Positions 1-9,498 of a stretch of 64,000 nucleotides of DNA are shown one piece after another. How positions within the stretch are numbered: position 1 is the stretch's first letter; every line of letters begins with the position of its first letter. A model generated the notes under the pieces. It was not told the origin of the DNA, made no database searches, and saw only the letters and a list, made by a program, of their open reading frames with translations. The position numbers and the translations under genes were made by a program. The stretch comes from Candidatus Amesbacteria bacterium (GTDB lineage Bacteria > Patescibacteriota > Microgenomatia > CAZETR01 > Amesbacteraceae): NCBI GenBank assembly GCA_027331445.1, contig DAHWUD010000002.1, positions 13,018-77,017 of the forward strand, read 5' to 3'.

Positions 1-259
1 TTCTGTCCGTGGTAAAGACCGATATTGGTGTACCAGCTCGGCTCTGACATTTCTTTCAAACAGTGGCCGTTTTACCTGATTTTTACCTTGGCCGCCTCCT
101 GGGATATGACTGTCTGCGGTTACCTTGCCCAAACGATAAAAAGCCCCACCCAAATTCTCTATCGCATTCAATTCCGGTTCTCGCGTTTCCTGCTGCCTTG
201 GTCCGATACTGCTCTCTTCTGTTTCACCCATGGAATCATTATAATCCCGATCCCGTTTA

Positions 260-1663
260 TTATTCCGCCTTGGTCAGGTTTTTCAAAAACTCGTCGTTAG
301 TCTTGGTCTTTTTCATTTTCTGGATTAAAAGTTCCGTCCGTTCATCGTCGTTAAGCATGTCCAGCATCCGCCGCAGTTGAATCACCTTTTCATATCTGTC
401 GCCCAGCAGTTTTTCCTCCCCTCGGGTGCCCGATTTTATCAGTTCAAACGCCGGGAATACCCGCCGGTCCGCCAAGCGTCGGTCCAAGTGCAGTTCCATG
501 TTACCGGTGCCTTTAAATTCTTCGTACACCAAATCGTCCTGCCTTGATCCCGTCTCCACGAGGCACGTCCCCAAAATCGTCAGCGACCCGCCTTCTTCAA
601 ACTTCCGCGCCGCTCCGAAAGCCTTCTTCGCCGGATAAATTGCCGCCGCGGAAAACCCACCGGACAGCGTCTTGCCCGAATCGGAAGTGATCATGTTATA
701 TGCCCTGGCGAGCCTGGTTATCGAATCCAGAAGAATAAACACATCTTTACCCATCTCGACCAGTCTTTTGGCCCTCTCTAAAGCCAGCTCGGCAATCCGC
801 ACCTGCTCCAAGGGCGGCTCGTCAAAATGAGACGCCGCCACTTCTCCCTTAAGTGATCGCGACACTTCCGTAACTTCTTCCGGCCGCTCGCCGATAAGTA
901 CCGCCATCAAATGCATTTCCGGATAGTTTTGCGACAACGATTCGGCGATCTCCTTAAGTAGCCACGTCTTCCCCGCCTTGGGCTGAGCCACGATCAGTCC
1001 CCGCTGTCCCTTGCCGATGGGTGCAATCAAATCAATAATCCGCGTCGACAAAATTTCCGGTTTGGTTTCCAGCCTGATCTGTTCGTCCGGGAACACCGCC
1101 GTCATCTTGTCAAATTCCGGCCGGTTTCCCGCCTCTTCCGGCGTCATCCCGTTCACTTTTTCCACTTTAAGTAAGCCCCAGAACCGCTCATTTTCTTTAG
1201 GTTCCCGGGCTTGCCCGCCCACCAAATCTCCGGGCCGCAGATTAAACCTTCTTACCTGGGAGGAGGAAATATATACATCCTTTGACGAGGGAATCATCTT
1301 GGGCCGCAGATAGCCGTGCCCGTCCGGAGTAATATCCAAAAACCCTTCTACAAATTCCGTCGGCCACCCGGCATCCGGAATTACCCGTTCGTCCACCGTC
1401 CCGTCAAAGTTTTCCGCCGGCTGTTGGGCCGCCCCGTAATCGCGCTGTTGTCGAGGCACAAAGGGAGCCCGGACCGGCCTAATCTGACCCATTTGTCCGC
1501 TATTTCCCTGCCGCGGCGGCACCCGGCCGATCACCCGGACCACTCCAGGCCGCATCATTGACCGCACTCCGGGACGGGCCATAACCACCCCGGCATCGTT
1601 TTCCTGTTGATTTATTTCGGGGGCGTTATCCACGCCACCGGGAACCGTATCATTCATAAACAT
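260..1663 (-). CDS. rho: Transcription termination factor Rho (with R/G/P-rich N-terminal extension)
   Basis: 467 aa ORF. C-terminal RecA-like ATPase with Walker A (GKTWLL), Rho-specific Q/R-loop context, N-terminal OB-fold. Stop TAA. Confidence 0.9.
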   Translation of the reverse strand: MFMNDTVPGGVDNAPEINQQENDAGVVMARPGVRSMMRPGVVRVIGRVPPRQGNSGQMGQIRPVRAPFVPRQQRDYGAAQQPAENFDGTVDERVIPDAGWPTEFVEGFLDITPDGHGYLRPKMIPSSKDVYISSSQVRRFNLRPGDLVGGQAREPKENERFWGLLKVEKVNGMTPEEAGNRPEFDKMTAVFPDEQIRLETKPEILSTRIIDLIAPIGKGQRGLIVAQPKAGKTWLLKEIAESLSQNYPEMHLMAVLIGERPEEVTEVSRSLKGEVAASHFDEPPLEQVRIAELALERAKRLVEMGKDVFILLDSITRLARAYNMITSDSGKTLSGGFSAAAIYPAKKAFGAARKFEEGGSLTILGTCLVETGSRQDDLVYEEFKGTGNMELHLDRRLADRRVFPAFELIKSGTRGEEKLLGDRYEKVIQLRRMLDMLNDDERTELLIQKMKKTKTNDEFLKNLTKAE

Positions 1664-1743
1664 CTGTCTTTAGTGAAGCATTGTCCAAAGAGGCAACCGC
1701 AAGGATCAAAACTTGGCCTAGTATAGCATTCCCCCCCACTCTG

Positions 1744-2490
1744 TCAATAGACCCTCTTGGCCGTCACCACCAGCCGTTTCCAGCTCGTCCCCGGCGGGTA
1801 ACAGGTCTGCAGCACCAACTTTTCCGTTTGGTTTTGCGGCACCAGATACCTGGTATCGGCAGCCGCCAGTATCTCTTTATTTACCACCTCGTATTTATAC
1901 AATTTTTGCTGGTACATAATATCGATTTCATCTCCGTTTTCTACCTTGTCAAGCAGGTAAAACACGGCGTTAAACCTCGCATAATCTACCCGACTGCCCA
2001 CCGAATGTGCAAACAAAAATGTCGTCCCCATCTCACCCGGATGCGAGAGTCCCGCTGCCTCGGCTACCCCCTTGGACAATGCCGCCAAATATAGTGTCGG
2101 GTTGCCCGCATCCACATTCGGAATCACCTTCGACACGGCGCCGATTTTGGGAATATTGATTGAATAATTTACATCCGGCACATCCCAGGTCGGCTGCACC
2201 GCCAAAGCTACTGCCTTATTCTGGCTGTTGGCGGCAAAACTCCTCTGAGTCTGGTGTACCAGCCGCCCCAGGTCGGATTGCATCCAAGCATATCGCACCT
2301 CTGCCATGCCCAGAGGTATATAGATGCCCACAATTCCCACTACCGCTACTGCCATCATTACCAGCCCCCCCAAGCTGAGGATTCTGGCCAAAATCGGCAG
2401 CCACTTCAGTCTTTTGCCTATCTGTACTTCTCCTCTTCCCGGCTCCCCGTAGACTACACCCGATTTTAAGCTAATCTTTTGTGTGCCCAT
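1744..2490 (-). CDS. Sortase family transpeptidase
   Basis: 248 aa. N-terminal TM anchor, conserved His (FLFAHS), TLxTC-like active-site Cys motif (LVLQTCYPP) and a downstream Arg. Adjacent to two proteins with C-terminal sorting-signal-like tails. Confidence 0.75.
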   Translation of the reverse strand: MGTQKISLKSGVVYGEPGRGEVQIGKRLKWLPILARILSLGGLVMMAVAVVGIVGIYIPLGMAEVRYAWMQSDLGRLVHQTQRSFAANSQNKAVALAVQPTWDVPDVNYSINIPKIGAVSKVIPNVDAGNPTLYLAALSKGVAEAAGLSHPGEMGTTFLFAHSVGSRVDYARFNAVFYLLDKVENGDEIDIMYQQKLYKYEVVNKEILAAADTRYLVPQNQTEKLVLQTCYPPGTSWKRLVVTAKRVY

Positions 2491-3200
2491 TTTCTTATAC
2501 TATATCCTCCCGCACCCACGGCCGCGAAGGCCAGTGTCTGCCACAGCGTTCCGTCCGCTCCCGTCTTGGGCGTGGTTGCCGCTACGGCTGATCCTGTTGC
2601 CGTAGTCGTGGTCACGGTCCCGCCTCCCATTATCGTATTCGCTGGCGTCGGCGTCACCGTCGCCGTCGGTGCCGGAGTGGTCTGCGGCGCAATTAGGGTC
2701 GTCCCCAACACCTTGGCGTAGGAAAAATCGCCCCCGTTGATATTCCCTATACCCACATACTGAGTCGTCATATTTGCCCCCGACTGGTCGGGTGTTATCG
2801 GCGTTTGCACTCCGTTGGTCACAAACTCGGCGTTGTTTCCGGCTTCATAGCTGATAGAACTGGCCGGCCCGTTCAGATTGATCGTAATCGGCTGTACCAC
2901 CTCTGCCGCATTGTCCGCCACGGCGTGTACCGTCAGCACCAGGGGGTTGGCCTCCCCGCCGGGCAAATCCACCTTGATCCTCACATTATTGGCCACCGTT
3001 CCGTCAGTCGTATTTTTTACCTCAAAAAACAGTAAAAACGTATCCCCGGGCTTGGCCTCATTGTTCGTTCCCCAGGCTCCCCCGCTTTCCAGGCTTCTTC
3101 CCTGCGCCTCCAATACCAACACCGGCCCGTCAGCTTTCACCGGCCCAGCCGTCACCACTAGCAAAACCAAGGCTAAACCCGCTCCTATTACCTTCTTCAT
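2466..3200 (-). CDS. Secreted surface protein with C-terminal sorting-signal-like tail (TTPKTG + hydrophobic stretch + basic tail)
   Basis: 244 aa. N-terminal signal peptide MKKVIGAGLALVLLVVTAGPVKA. T/P-rich linker. C-terminus TTPKTGADG-LWQTLAFAAVGAGGY-RKWAHKRLA. Confidence 0.6.
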   Translation of the reverse strand: MKKVIGAGLALVLLVVTAGPVKADGPVLVLEAQGRSLESGGAWGTNNEAKPGDTFLLFFEVKNTTDGTVANNVRIKVDLPGGEANPLVLTVHAVADNAAEVVQPITINLNGPASSISYEAGNNAEFVTNGVQTPITPDQSGANMTTQYVGIGNINGGDFSYAKVLGTTLIAPQTTPAPTATVTPTPANTIMGGGTVTTTTATGSAVAATTPKTGADGTLWQTLAFAAVGAGGYSIRKWAHKRLA

Positions 3201-3242
3201 TCCACTATTATAGGATATTTTAGCCCCAAAATCAAGTCTCTT

Positions 3243-4055
3243 TTACCACACCTTTTTGGCCAAAAGGCGCATTCTCCACCCCGCCAGACCCGCCCCAATC
3301 AGTGCCACCGCTCCCCACCAGGAAGAAATCGCCGTATCTGGAGTAGTTTTAGCTACCGCAGCCGCGGCTACCTGGCCGCAAAAGCAGGTGCTGTCCGTCA
3401 CACAGGCCGGGTTCCGGCACACCCCCGATGTACACACATACCCCCCCTGGCAATCGTTGTCACCGGAGCAGGCCCTGCCGCACACACTCTGGTTGTAACT
3501 CACCGTCGGCGTCACCGTTACCGCAATCGCCAGACCGGATAGTTTAGAAACCGCCGTCGGTTCCGGCGTCACCACCGTCTTTATCGTGGGCGTCGGCGTC
3601 ACCGTTACCTGTGTCACCGCCCGGGTGGACACCGGCACGTTCACATACCCCGGCGTGCAGTCGCCCGAATACCACACCACGTAACCCAACAAATTACAGG
3701 ATGAGTCCCAGGTCCCATCATCCCGCCGGCATTTTTTATCAAATAGCGACAGTTGCACCGTCGTCCCGCACGCCGCCCCGGAGAGGTCTTCATAATTGTC
3801 CCAGCCGCTTTCCGAGCTCAGACATTGGGTCCACTTTCCCGAGCACGTCCACTTCACCACCCCGTTGTTATTGCTCTGACACGAACCCAGAGTCGGGTTG
3901 CATCCCAAATTACAGCTGTATGCCGTGGCGTTTGTCCCGCTGCCGCACAGGTTGGTGTAATACCCCTGCCCGTAGCCCAAACTTGCTTCCGCTGTCCCCC
4001 CGGTCCCCAACAGAAACCACAATCCGCCGATGATTATCACAAGCGCCTTTTTCAT
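3243..4055 (-). CDS. Cys-rich secreted surface protein with C-terminal sorting-signal-like tail (TTPDTA + TM + basic tail)
   Basis: 270 aa. Signal peptide, about 20 Cys, T/P/V-rich linker. C-terminus KTTPDTAISSWWGAVALIGAGLAGW-RMRLLAKKVW. Confidence 0.6.
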   Translation of the reverse strand: MKKALVIIIGGLWFLLGTGGTAEASLGYGQGYYTNLCGSGTNATAYSCNLGCNPTLGSCQSNNNGVVKWTCSGKWTQCLSSESGWDNYEDLSGAACGTTVQLSLFDKKCRRDDGTWDSSCNLLGYVVWYSGDCTPGYVNVPVSTRAVTQVTVTPTPTIKTVVTPEPTAVSKLSGLAIAVTVTPTVSYNQSVCGRACSGDNDCQGGYVCTSGVCRNPACVTDSTCFCGQVAAAAVAKTTPDTAISSWWGAVALIGAGLAGWRMRLLAKKVW

Positions 4056-4631
4056 AAGTTTTTCTTCTCAGTGTGGAAGACCCGCCCTCCGGCAGCGGTA
4101 ATAAGCCTGCCCTACTTATCACTGCCTTAAATTCCGGCCGGCTGGCCTTCCACACTGAGGGCAAAGTTTTCACTTTACCGGTGTGGCTAAATCAATCAAA
4201 TTAGATCAATTTGGCGGCCAATTTTTTTCTTGACAAGGGTGTCTTTCGAGTGTTATCACCTTTAATCAAGTGAAAATCGCCACATCTGTCCAGGCGGTTT
4301 CCTCTCAAAGGGCATTGCTATTCGTGGCTGCAAATCCAGCGATGGCGATGCTCTTTTTTTTGACTTAAGATCCCCTGGTCCCCGTCATCGAGATAAATCC
4401 CTGGTTCATTTTGCCCATCCGCACCAGCTGGCCGCGCATCCATGTTTCCCCCTTCACGGTTGTTCTTCGCCTACTTTTCTGATCCCTCTTCAGGAAACCG
4501 AGCAGCTTTTTCATACCTGGGCCATTTATATCATTTTCTGTCAATTTTATCAACCTATAGTCGAGCTGACCAAGAAAATATGAAATCCCATAGTCTGATT
4601 TAGTGACGTATTTCACCTATATATAGCCATT

Positions 4632-4691
4632 TGTGGATAACTTGTTAATACCCACCCTTGTGTCTCACTGTCCAAACAGAATTGTGGATAA
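4632..4691 (+). promoter_or_regulatory. Two perfect DnaA-box 9-mers (TGTGGATAA = reverse complement of TTATCCACA) in direct orientation, 51 bp apart
   Basis: The sequence ttgtggataac occurs twice (4631-4641 and 4682-4692), at the end of a ~520 bp region without convincing ORFs. A weaker box, tgtggctaa, sits near 4182. Confidence 0.4.
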
Positions 4692-5993
4692 CTATGCCAT
4701 TAACTTCTTTATCGCCGCCGCCACGCTTTTACCCGACTCCGCTGATGCCACCCGGTAACCCAATTTCTTGGCCTCCCGCACCCGCCGCTCCAGCCCCTGC
4801 ACCGTCCGTACCTCTCCCAAAAGCCCGATTTCCCCCACTGCCGCCACGTCGCCGGGGAGACTCTTTTTCAAAAACGCCGAGGCGATCGCCAGGCAGATTG
4901 CCAAATCCACTCCCCGATCAGCGAGACGGATTCCCCCGGTTACGTTCACAAAAATATCTTCCCCTTCCAGGCGCAAACCCGCCCTGGCCGTCAGCACCGC
5001 CACTAGCATCTGCAGTCTGGCGAAATCCACTCCGGTCGCCACCCGTCGGGGTATCGGGGATAAGGACGCCACTGCCAGGGCCTGGATTTCCGCCAGCATC
5101 GGCCGTTTGCCCTCCATCACCACCGAAACGACACTCCCCGGCACGTTTTTTACCCTCTCTGCCAAAAAAAACTGCGACGGGTTGGCCACTCCCGTCAGCC
5201 CCTTTTCTCCCATTTCAAATACTCCCACTTCATCAGTTGGCCCGAACCGGTTTTTGACCGCCCGCACCAGCCTGATAGACAGACTCCGCTCCCCCTCAAA
5301 CCATAGTACTGTATCCACCACATGCTCCAGTACCCGCGGCCCGGCAATATTTCCCTCCTTGGTTACATGCCCCACCAAAAATAATGGTATATTCATTCTC
5401 TTGGCCACATCGGTCAACCTCTGGGCACACTCCCGCACCTGCCCTACTGCTCCTGCCCCTCCGGTCAAATCCGTCGTCGTCAGCGTCTGAATCGAATCTA
5501 TTATCACCAGCCCCGGCTTCTCCGCCTGTATCTTGGCCGCAATCTCATCTGCGTCAGTCGACTCAAACAGCCAAATTTCCCCTTTTCCCATAAGTCTCTT
5601 CACCCGCAGTGCCACCTGGCTGGCTGACTCTTCCCCGCATACGTACAACACCTTCGTCTTTTCCATATTTAAAGCCACTTGGGTCAAAAGCGTGCTTTTT
5701 CCGATTCCCGGTTCCCCAGCCACCAACACAGTCATTCCCGGTACCAGCCCTCCTCCCAGCACATTGTCCAATTCTTCCTCCCCCGTCTTCACCCTCTGGC
5801 TTTCGCTGACCTTCACCTCCGACAATTTATAAATTTTCCCCGATTGATTCTTGGATTTTGAATCTTGAACTTTGCCCTCGATAGTAGTTTCTACCAGGCT
5901 ATTCCACTCCCCGCAGTTCGGGCATCTGCCCGCCCACCCCGCCTGTGTATAACCGCATTGCTGGCACACAAATTGCGAATGGGTTTTCGCCAT
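4692..5993 (-). CDS. radA: DNA repair protein RadA/Sms
   Basis: 433 aa. N-terminal C4 zinc finger (CQQCGY...CPNCGEW), RecA-like Walker A (GEPGIGKST), KNRFG motif, C-terminal Lon-like domain. Stop TAG. Confidence 0.9.
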   Translation of the reverse strand: MAKTHSQFVCQQCGYTQAGWAGRCPNCGEWNSLVETTIEGKVQDSKSKNQSGKIYKLSEVKVSESQRVKTGEEELDNVLGGGLVPGMTVLVAGEPGIGKSTLLTQVALNMEKTKVLYVCGEESASQVALRVKRLMGKGEIWLFESTDADEIAAKIQAEKPGLVIIDSIQTLTTTDLTGGAGAVGQVRECAQRLTDVAKRMNIPLFLVGHVTKEGNIAGPRVLEHVVDTVLWFEGERSLSIRLVRAVKNRFGPTDEVGVFEMGEKGLTGVANPSQFFLAERVKNVPGSVVSVVMEGKRPMLAEIQALAVASLSPIPRRVATGVDFARLQMLVAVLTARAGLRLEGEDIFVNVTGGIRLADRGVDLAICLAIASAFLKKSLPGDVAAVGEIGLLGEVRTVQGLERRVREAKKLGYRVASAESGKSVAAAIKKLMA

Positions 5994-6018
5994 GCCCCAT
6001 TTATATCACATTACCAAA

Positions 6019-7125
6019 CTACTTATACCCCACCGGCTTGGACGTCAATACCATCCCCAGTGACAACCGTCTTTTATCTAAATCCACGGATTCCACAAAC
6101 ACTTCCACTTTTTCTCCCTCGGAAAAGGCCTTGTCTGCAGGCATCTTCGACGCATGGATCAGCCCCTCGATTCCTTTTTCCAACCTCACCAGCACTCCGT
6201 AAGGCGCAATCTTAGTCACCACACCGCTGTGTTTGCTGTCCACTTTATATTTCTCACCCACCACCAGCCACGGATCGGCCGACAGCCGCTTCATGGACAG
6301 AGCGAGCTTTCCCGTCTCCTCATCAATCCCTATGACCTGCACCTGCACCTTTTCCCCATCCTTTAAGACTTTATTTACTTCCTCCACTTTTTCCCATGAC
6401 ACCTCGCTGATATGTACGAGGCCCTCCAGGCTCTGCACGTTCTTACCCTTGCCCACTTTTATCTCCACAAAGGCTCCAAAAGGTACCATCCCGACAACCG
6501 TGCCTTCATATTCTCCGCCCATTTGCACCGCCGACAGGGCCTTCCGCCTCTCTTCCATCTCTACGGCATCGGAAACGGCTTTTTCTGACAGCACCAGCCG
6601 GTTTTGCCCCCGTTCCAACTCGATTACCTTTACCTGCAGGCTCTTCCCCACCGCTGCCGCCGCGTTTCCGTCCAGTTCCCGCCCCAATTGTGACGCGGGT
6701 ACAAATCCGGTTATCCCCTCAATTTCTACTAACAGCCCGCCTTTGGTTACTTCCTTACCCCGGGCGGTCAGTGTTTTTTCTTCGGCCAGCGCTTCCTCAA
6801 AAATCTTCCATCGGCTGTCCGCCGCCGCCCGCCGCAGTGACAAAATTACCTGCCCCGCATCGTTTTCGGCTATAAGCACTACCCCCGTTACTTCGTCTCC
6901 CGGCTTCATCGCCCGGAAATAATCCCTATTCAATTCATATTCCTGCTCCGAAACTACCGCCTCCGCCTTGCCCCCGATATCAATAAATACCGTCTTACTG
7001 GTCACTTCTATTACCTTTCCCTTTACCGTCTCACCTCTTTTAAACCCCTTCAGCTGATATCCCGTCGCCGCCAGGAGCTCCTCCATAGTGGCTGGTTGTT
7101 TGTTAGATGCTGTTTTGGTAGCCAA
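6019..7125 (-). CDS. rpsA: 30S ribosomal protein S1 (multiple S1 RNA-binding domains)
   Basis: 368 aa with four repeated S1-domain-like segments (G.V.G.V..I...G.FV.I). Stop TAG. Confidence 0.8.
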   Translation of the reverse strand: MATKTASNKQPATMEELLAATGYQLKGFKRGETVKGKVIEVTSKTVFIDIGGKAEAVVSEQEYELNRDYFRAMKPGDEVTGVVLIAENDAGQVILSLRRAAADSRWKIFEEALAEEKTLTARGKEVTKGGLLVEIEGITGFVPASQLGRELDGNAAAAVGKSLQVKVIELERGQNRLVLSEKAVSDAVEMEERRKALSAVQMGGEYEGTVVGMVPFGAFVEIKVGKGKNVQSLEGLVHISEVSWEKVEEVNKVLKDGEKVQVQVIGIDEETGKLALSMKRLSADPWLVVGEKYKVDSKHSGVVTKIAPYGVLVRLEKGIEGLIHASKMPADKAFSEGEKVEVFVESVDLDKRRLSLGMVLTSKPVGYK

Positions 7126-7128
7126 AAT

Positions 7129-7449
7129 TCATTTCCGCCTTTCTTTAGAGATGTTGGTATTATAGCCAAAATCAACTTTTTTATCAACCAACTCCACTCC
7201 CTCGGCGGCAAGCCTCTTTCTCTGCTGGACCGGCCCACCGAAGGCATATCCCGGCGCCAGGCTCCCGTCGGCAAACACCACCCGGTGGCAAGGCACCCCG
7301 GGGTCTTTATTTGCATGCAGCGCCTGTCCCACTCTCCGCGCATCTCTGGTCCCTATTGCCGCCGCCACCTGCCCGTACGTCATCACCCGACCCCTGGGTA
7401 TCCTTTTCACCACATCGTAAACCCGCTCAAAAAAACTTTTATCTACCAT
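7129..7449 (-). CDS. Methylated-DNA--protein-cysteine methyltransferase family protein (DNA-binding/active-site domain only)
   Basis: 106 aa. Contains PCHRVV active-site motif and the helix-turn-helix typical of the Ogt/MGMT C-terminal domain. Confidence 0.7.
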   Translation of the reverse strand: MVDKSFFERVYDVVKRIPRGRVMTYGQVAAAIGTRDARRVGQALHANKDPGVPCHRVVFADGSLAPGYAFGGPVQQRKRLAAEGVELVDKKVDFGYNTNISKERRK

Positions 7450-9121
7450 TCCCTACCGCCGCTTCCACAAAACTTACAAACACCGGATGCGGGGACAACG
7501 GCCGGGATTTATATTCCGGATGAAACTGCGTCCCCACAAAAAACGGATGCACCGATCTGGGCAGTTCTATGGCTTCCACCAGCTTTCCGTCCGGACTGAC
7601 CCCCGACACCACTAGCCCCCTTCCCTCCAAAAACTTCCGATACTCGTTATTAAATTCATATCTATGGCGATGCCTCTCCCATACCCACTTTCGCCATTCT
7701 CCCTCTTTTTCTTTCTCGACCAATCCATTCGGCGTCTTCCCGTATTTTTTGTAAGCCTCCTCCAAAATACTCCCCGGCTTTATCCGGCATGGCCACGCGC
7801 CCAGCCGAATGGTCCCCCCATACTGGTGCGCTTCCAGATATTTTTTCTGGTCCGGCATCACGTGAATTACCGGATAGGCAGTCTTGGAATCAGCTTCTTC
7901 CGAATTGGCACCGGCCAGGCCGCACACATCCCTGGCATACTCAATGACAGCCATTTGCATCCCAAAACACAATCCCAGATATGGAACTTTGTTTTCCCTC
8001 GCCCACTTTACCGCGGCAATTTTTCCTTCGACTCCCCGGCTGCCCCATCCCTGCGGTACTACAATTCCGGCCGGGTGTAGTTTTTGCAGTTCCTTCGGAT
8101 CAAATTCCGTCGCATCGAATGGCACCACGTTAACTTTAACTTTGTTCGCCGCCCCGGCATGTCTTACTGCTTCCAGCACCGACACATACACGTCCCGATG
8201 TAAACTGCCTCCGTTCTTCACATACTTTCCGACCAAAGCAATATTTATTTCTTTTTCCGGTTTAGTCACCCGGCTCACAAAATCCTCCCACTTTTTCAAA
8301 TCCGGCTTTTTGACCGACAGCCCGAATTTTGATTGTATTTTAGCCGTCATTTCCTGCTTTTCCAAAATCAGCGGCACTTCATATATAGATTCGGCGTCCG
8401 GATCATCAAACAAAGCGTCCGGTTCCAGAAAACACCTCTTTCCCAGTGTCTCCAATCGGGGTCTGTCCATGGGATATTCCCCCCGGGTTATTAATATATC
8501 TGGCACAATTCCCGTTGACCGCAGCTGCATCACCGCATGCTGAGTCGGCTTGGTCTTCAGCTCGCCTACATTTTTCAAAAACGGCACATACGACACCATC
8601 ACGTACATCGCTTCCCGCTCCCGGCCTACCTCGCGTGCCGCAAACAAAAACGGCAGGTTCTCAATATCCCCCGTTGTCCCCCCGATTTCCACCACCATAA
8701 AGTCACACTTATCTTCCAGGGCATAAAACCGTCTTTTAATCTCATTGGGTACGTCCGGAATCATCTCCACGTCCCGCCCCTCATACACAAACGCCCTTTC
8801 ATTGGCAATAATCGTCTGGTACACCTTCCCGGAAGTGATATTGTTATCTTTGGAAAAACTCTCGTTGGCAAACCGCTCGTAATTCCCCAGGTCCTGGTCA
8901 ATTTCCCCTCCGTCATCGGTTACAAACACCTCCCCATGCTCCGCCGGCCGCATCGTCCCCGCGTCCACATTCAGGTACGGATCAATCTTGACGTGGTTTA
9001 CGCTATACCCCGCCGCCTTCAGAAGCAGGCCGATTGAGGAACAGACGATGCCCTTACCCAGGCCGGAAACCACCCCACCGCACACAAAAATATACTTTGT
9101 CTCTTTTCTCCGAGGCATCAA
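7439..9121 (-). CDS. pyrG: CTP synthase
   Basis: 560 aa. N-terminal synthetase domain (KYIFVTGGVVSGLGKG-like) plus C-terminal glutamine amidotransferase domain (GLCFGMQ). Confidence 0.95.
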   Translation of the reverse strand: MMPRRKETKYIFVCGGVVSGLGKGIVCSSIGLLLKAAGYSVNHVKIDPYLNVDAGTMRPAEHGEVFVTDDGGEIDQDLGNYERFANESFSKDNNITSGKVYQTIIANERAFVYEGRDVEMIPDVPNEIKRRFYALEDKCDFMVVEIGGTTGDIENLPFLFAAREVGREREAMYVMVSYVPFLKNVGELKTKPTQHAVMQLRSTGIVPDILITRGEYPMDRPRLETLGKRCFLEPDALFDDPDAESIYEVPLILEKQEMTAKIQSKFGLSVKKPDLKKWEDFVSRVTKPEKEINIALVGKYVKNGGSLHRDVYVSVLEAVRHAGAANKVKVNVVPFDATEFDPKELQKLHPAGIVVPQGWGSRGVEGKIAAVKWARENKVPYLGLCFGMQMAVIEYARDVCGLAGANSEEADSKTAYPVIHVMPDQKKYLEAHQYGGTIRLGAWPCRIKPGSILEEAYKKYGKTPNGLVEKEKEGEWRKWVWERHRHRYEFNNEYRKFLEGRGLVVSGVSPDGKLVEAIELPRSVHPFFVGTQFHPEYKSRPLSPHPVFVSFVEAAVGNGR

Positions 9122-9149
9122 CCATTTTTACCCTCTCATCAGCCTTTCG

Positions 9150-9452
9150 TCAACTGGGTTTATTCCAAGCATCGCGATATTCTTTTTCAGCCCTCCAAAC
9201 ATTTTTTGCAGTAACCACCCCCGTCACCACTTCAACCACCGTTGCACAAAACAACACTTCTGCATGCTTTGGATGCGAACTAATCGCCTGAATCAAGCCG
9301 ACCTTTTCTGCCCAATTCCAAACTTTGTACACATCATAAGCAATAAAACTTCCGTCAACAAAAAGCACAACACATCCAGCTAAAAAATGATTTACCGGGG
9401 CCACCGTCTTCTCCACCAACTCTCTTTCCTTACCAGGATTATGAGTTCCCAC
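9150..9452 (-). CDS. Hypothetical protein
   Basis: 100 aa ORF co-directional with its neighbours. No recognisable motif. Confidence 0.3.
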   Translation of the reverse strand: MGTHNPGKERELVEKTVAPVNHFLAGCVVLFVDGSFIAYDVYKVWNWAEKVGLIQAISSHPKHAEVLFCATVVEVVTGVVTAKNVWRAEKEYRDAWNKPS

Positions 9453-9498
9453 TTTACCAATTATAGGACAAAGGCCCCAGTTTCCAAATCTTCCTCAA

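Noticed and set aside
4658-6922. Long plus-strand ORFs (for example 4768..5490, 5865..6215, 6233..6922) antisense to radA/rpsA. Similar antisense ORFs lie opposite ftsH (37650..38540), the ligase and other genes
   Set aside because: They are S/P/T/R-rich with low complexity and have no motifs. They sit entirely inside strongly supported genes on the opposite strand. They are typical shadow ORFs.
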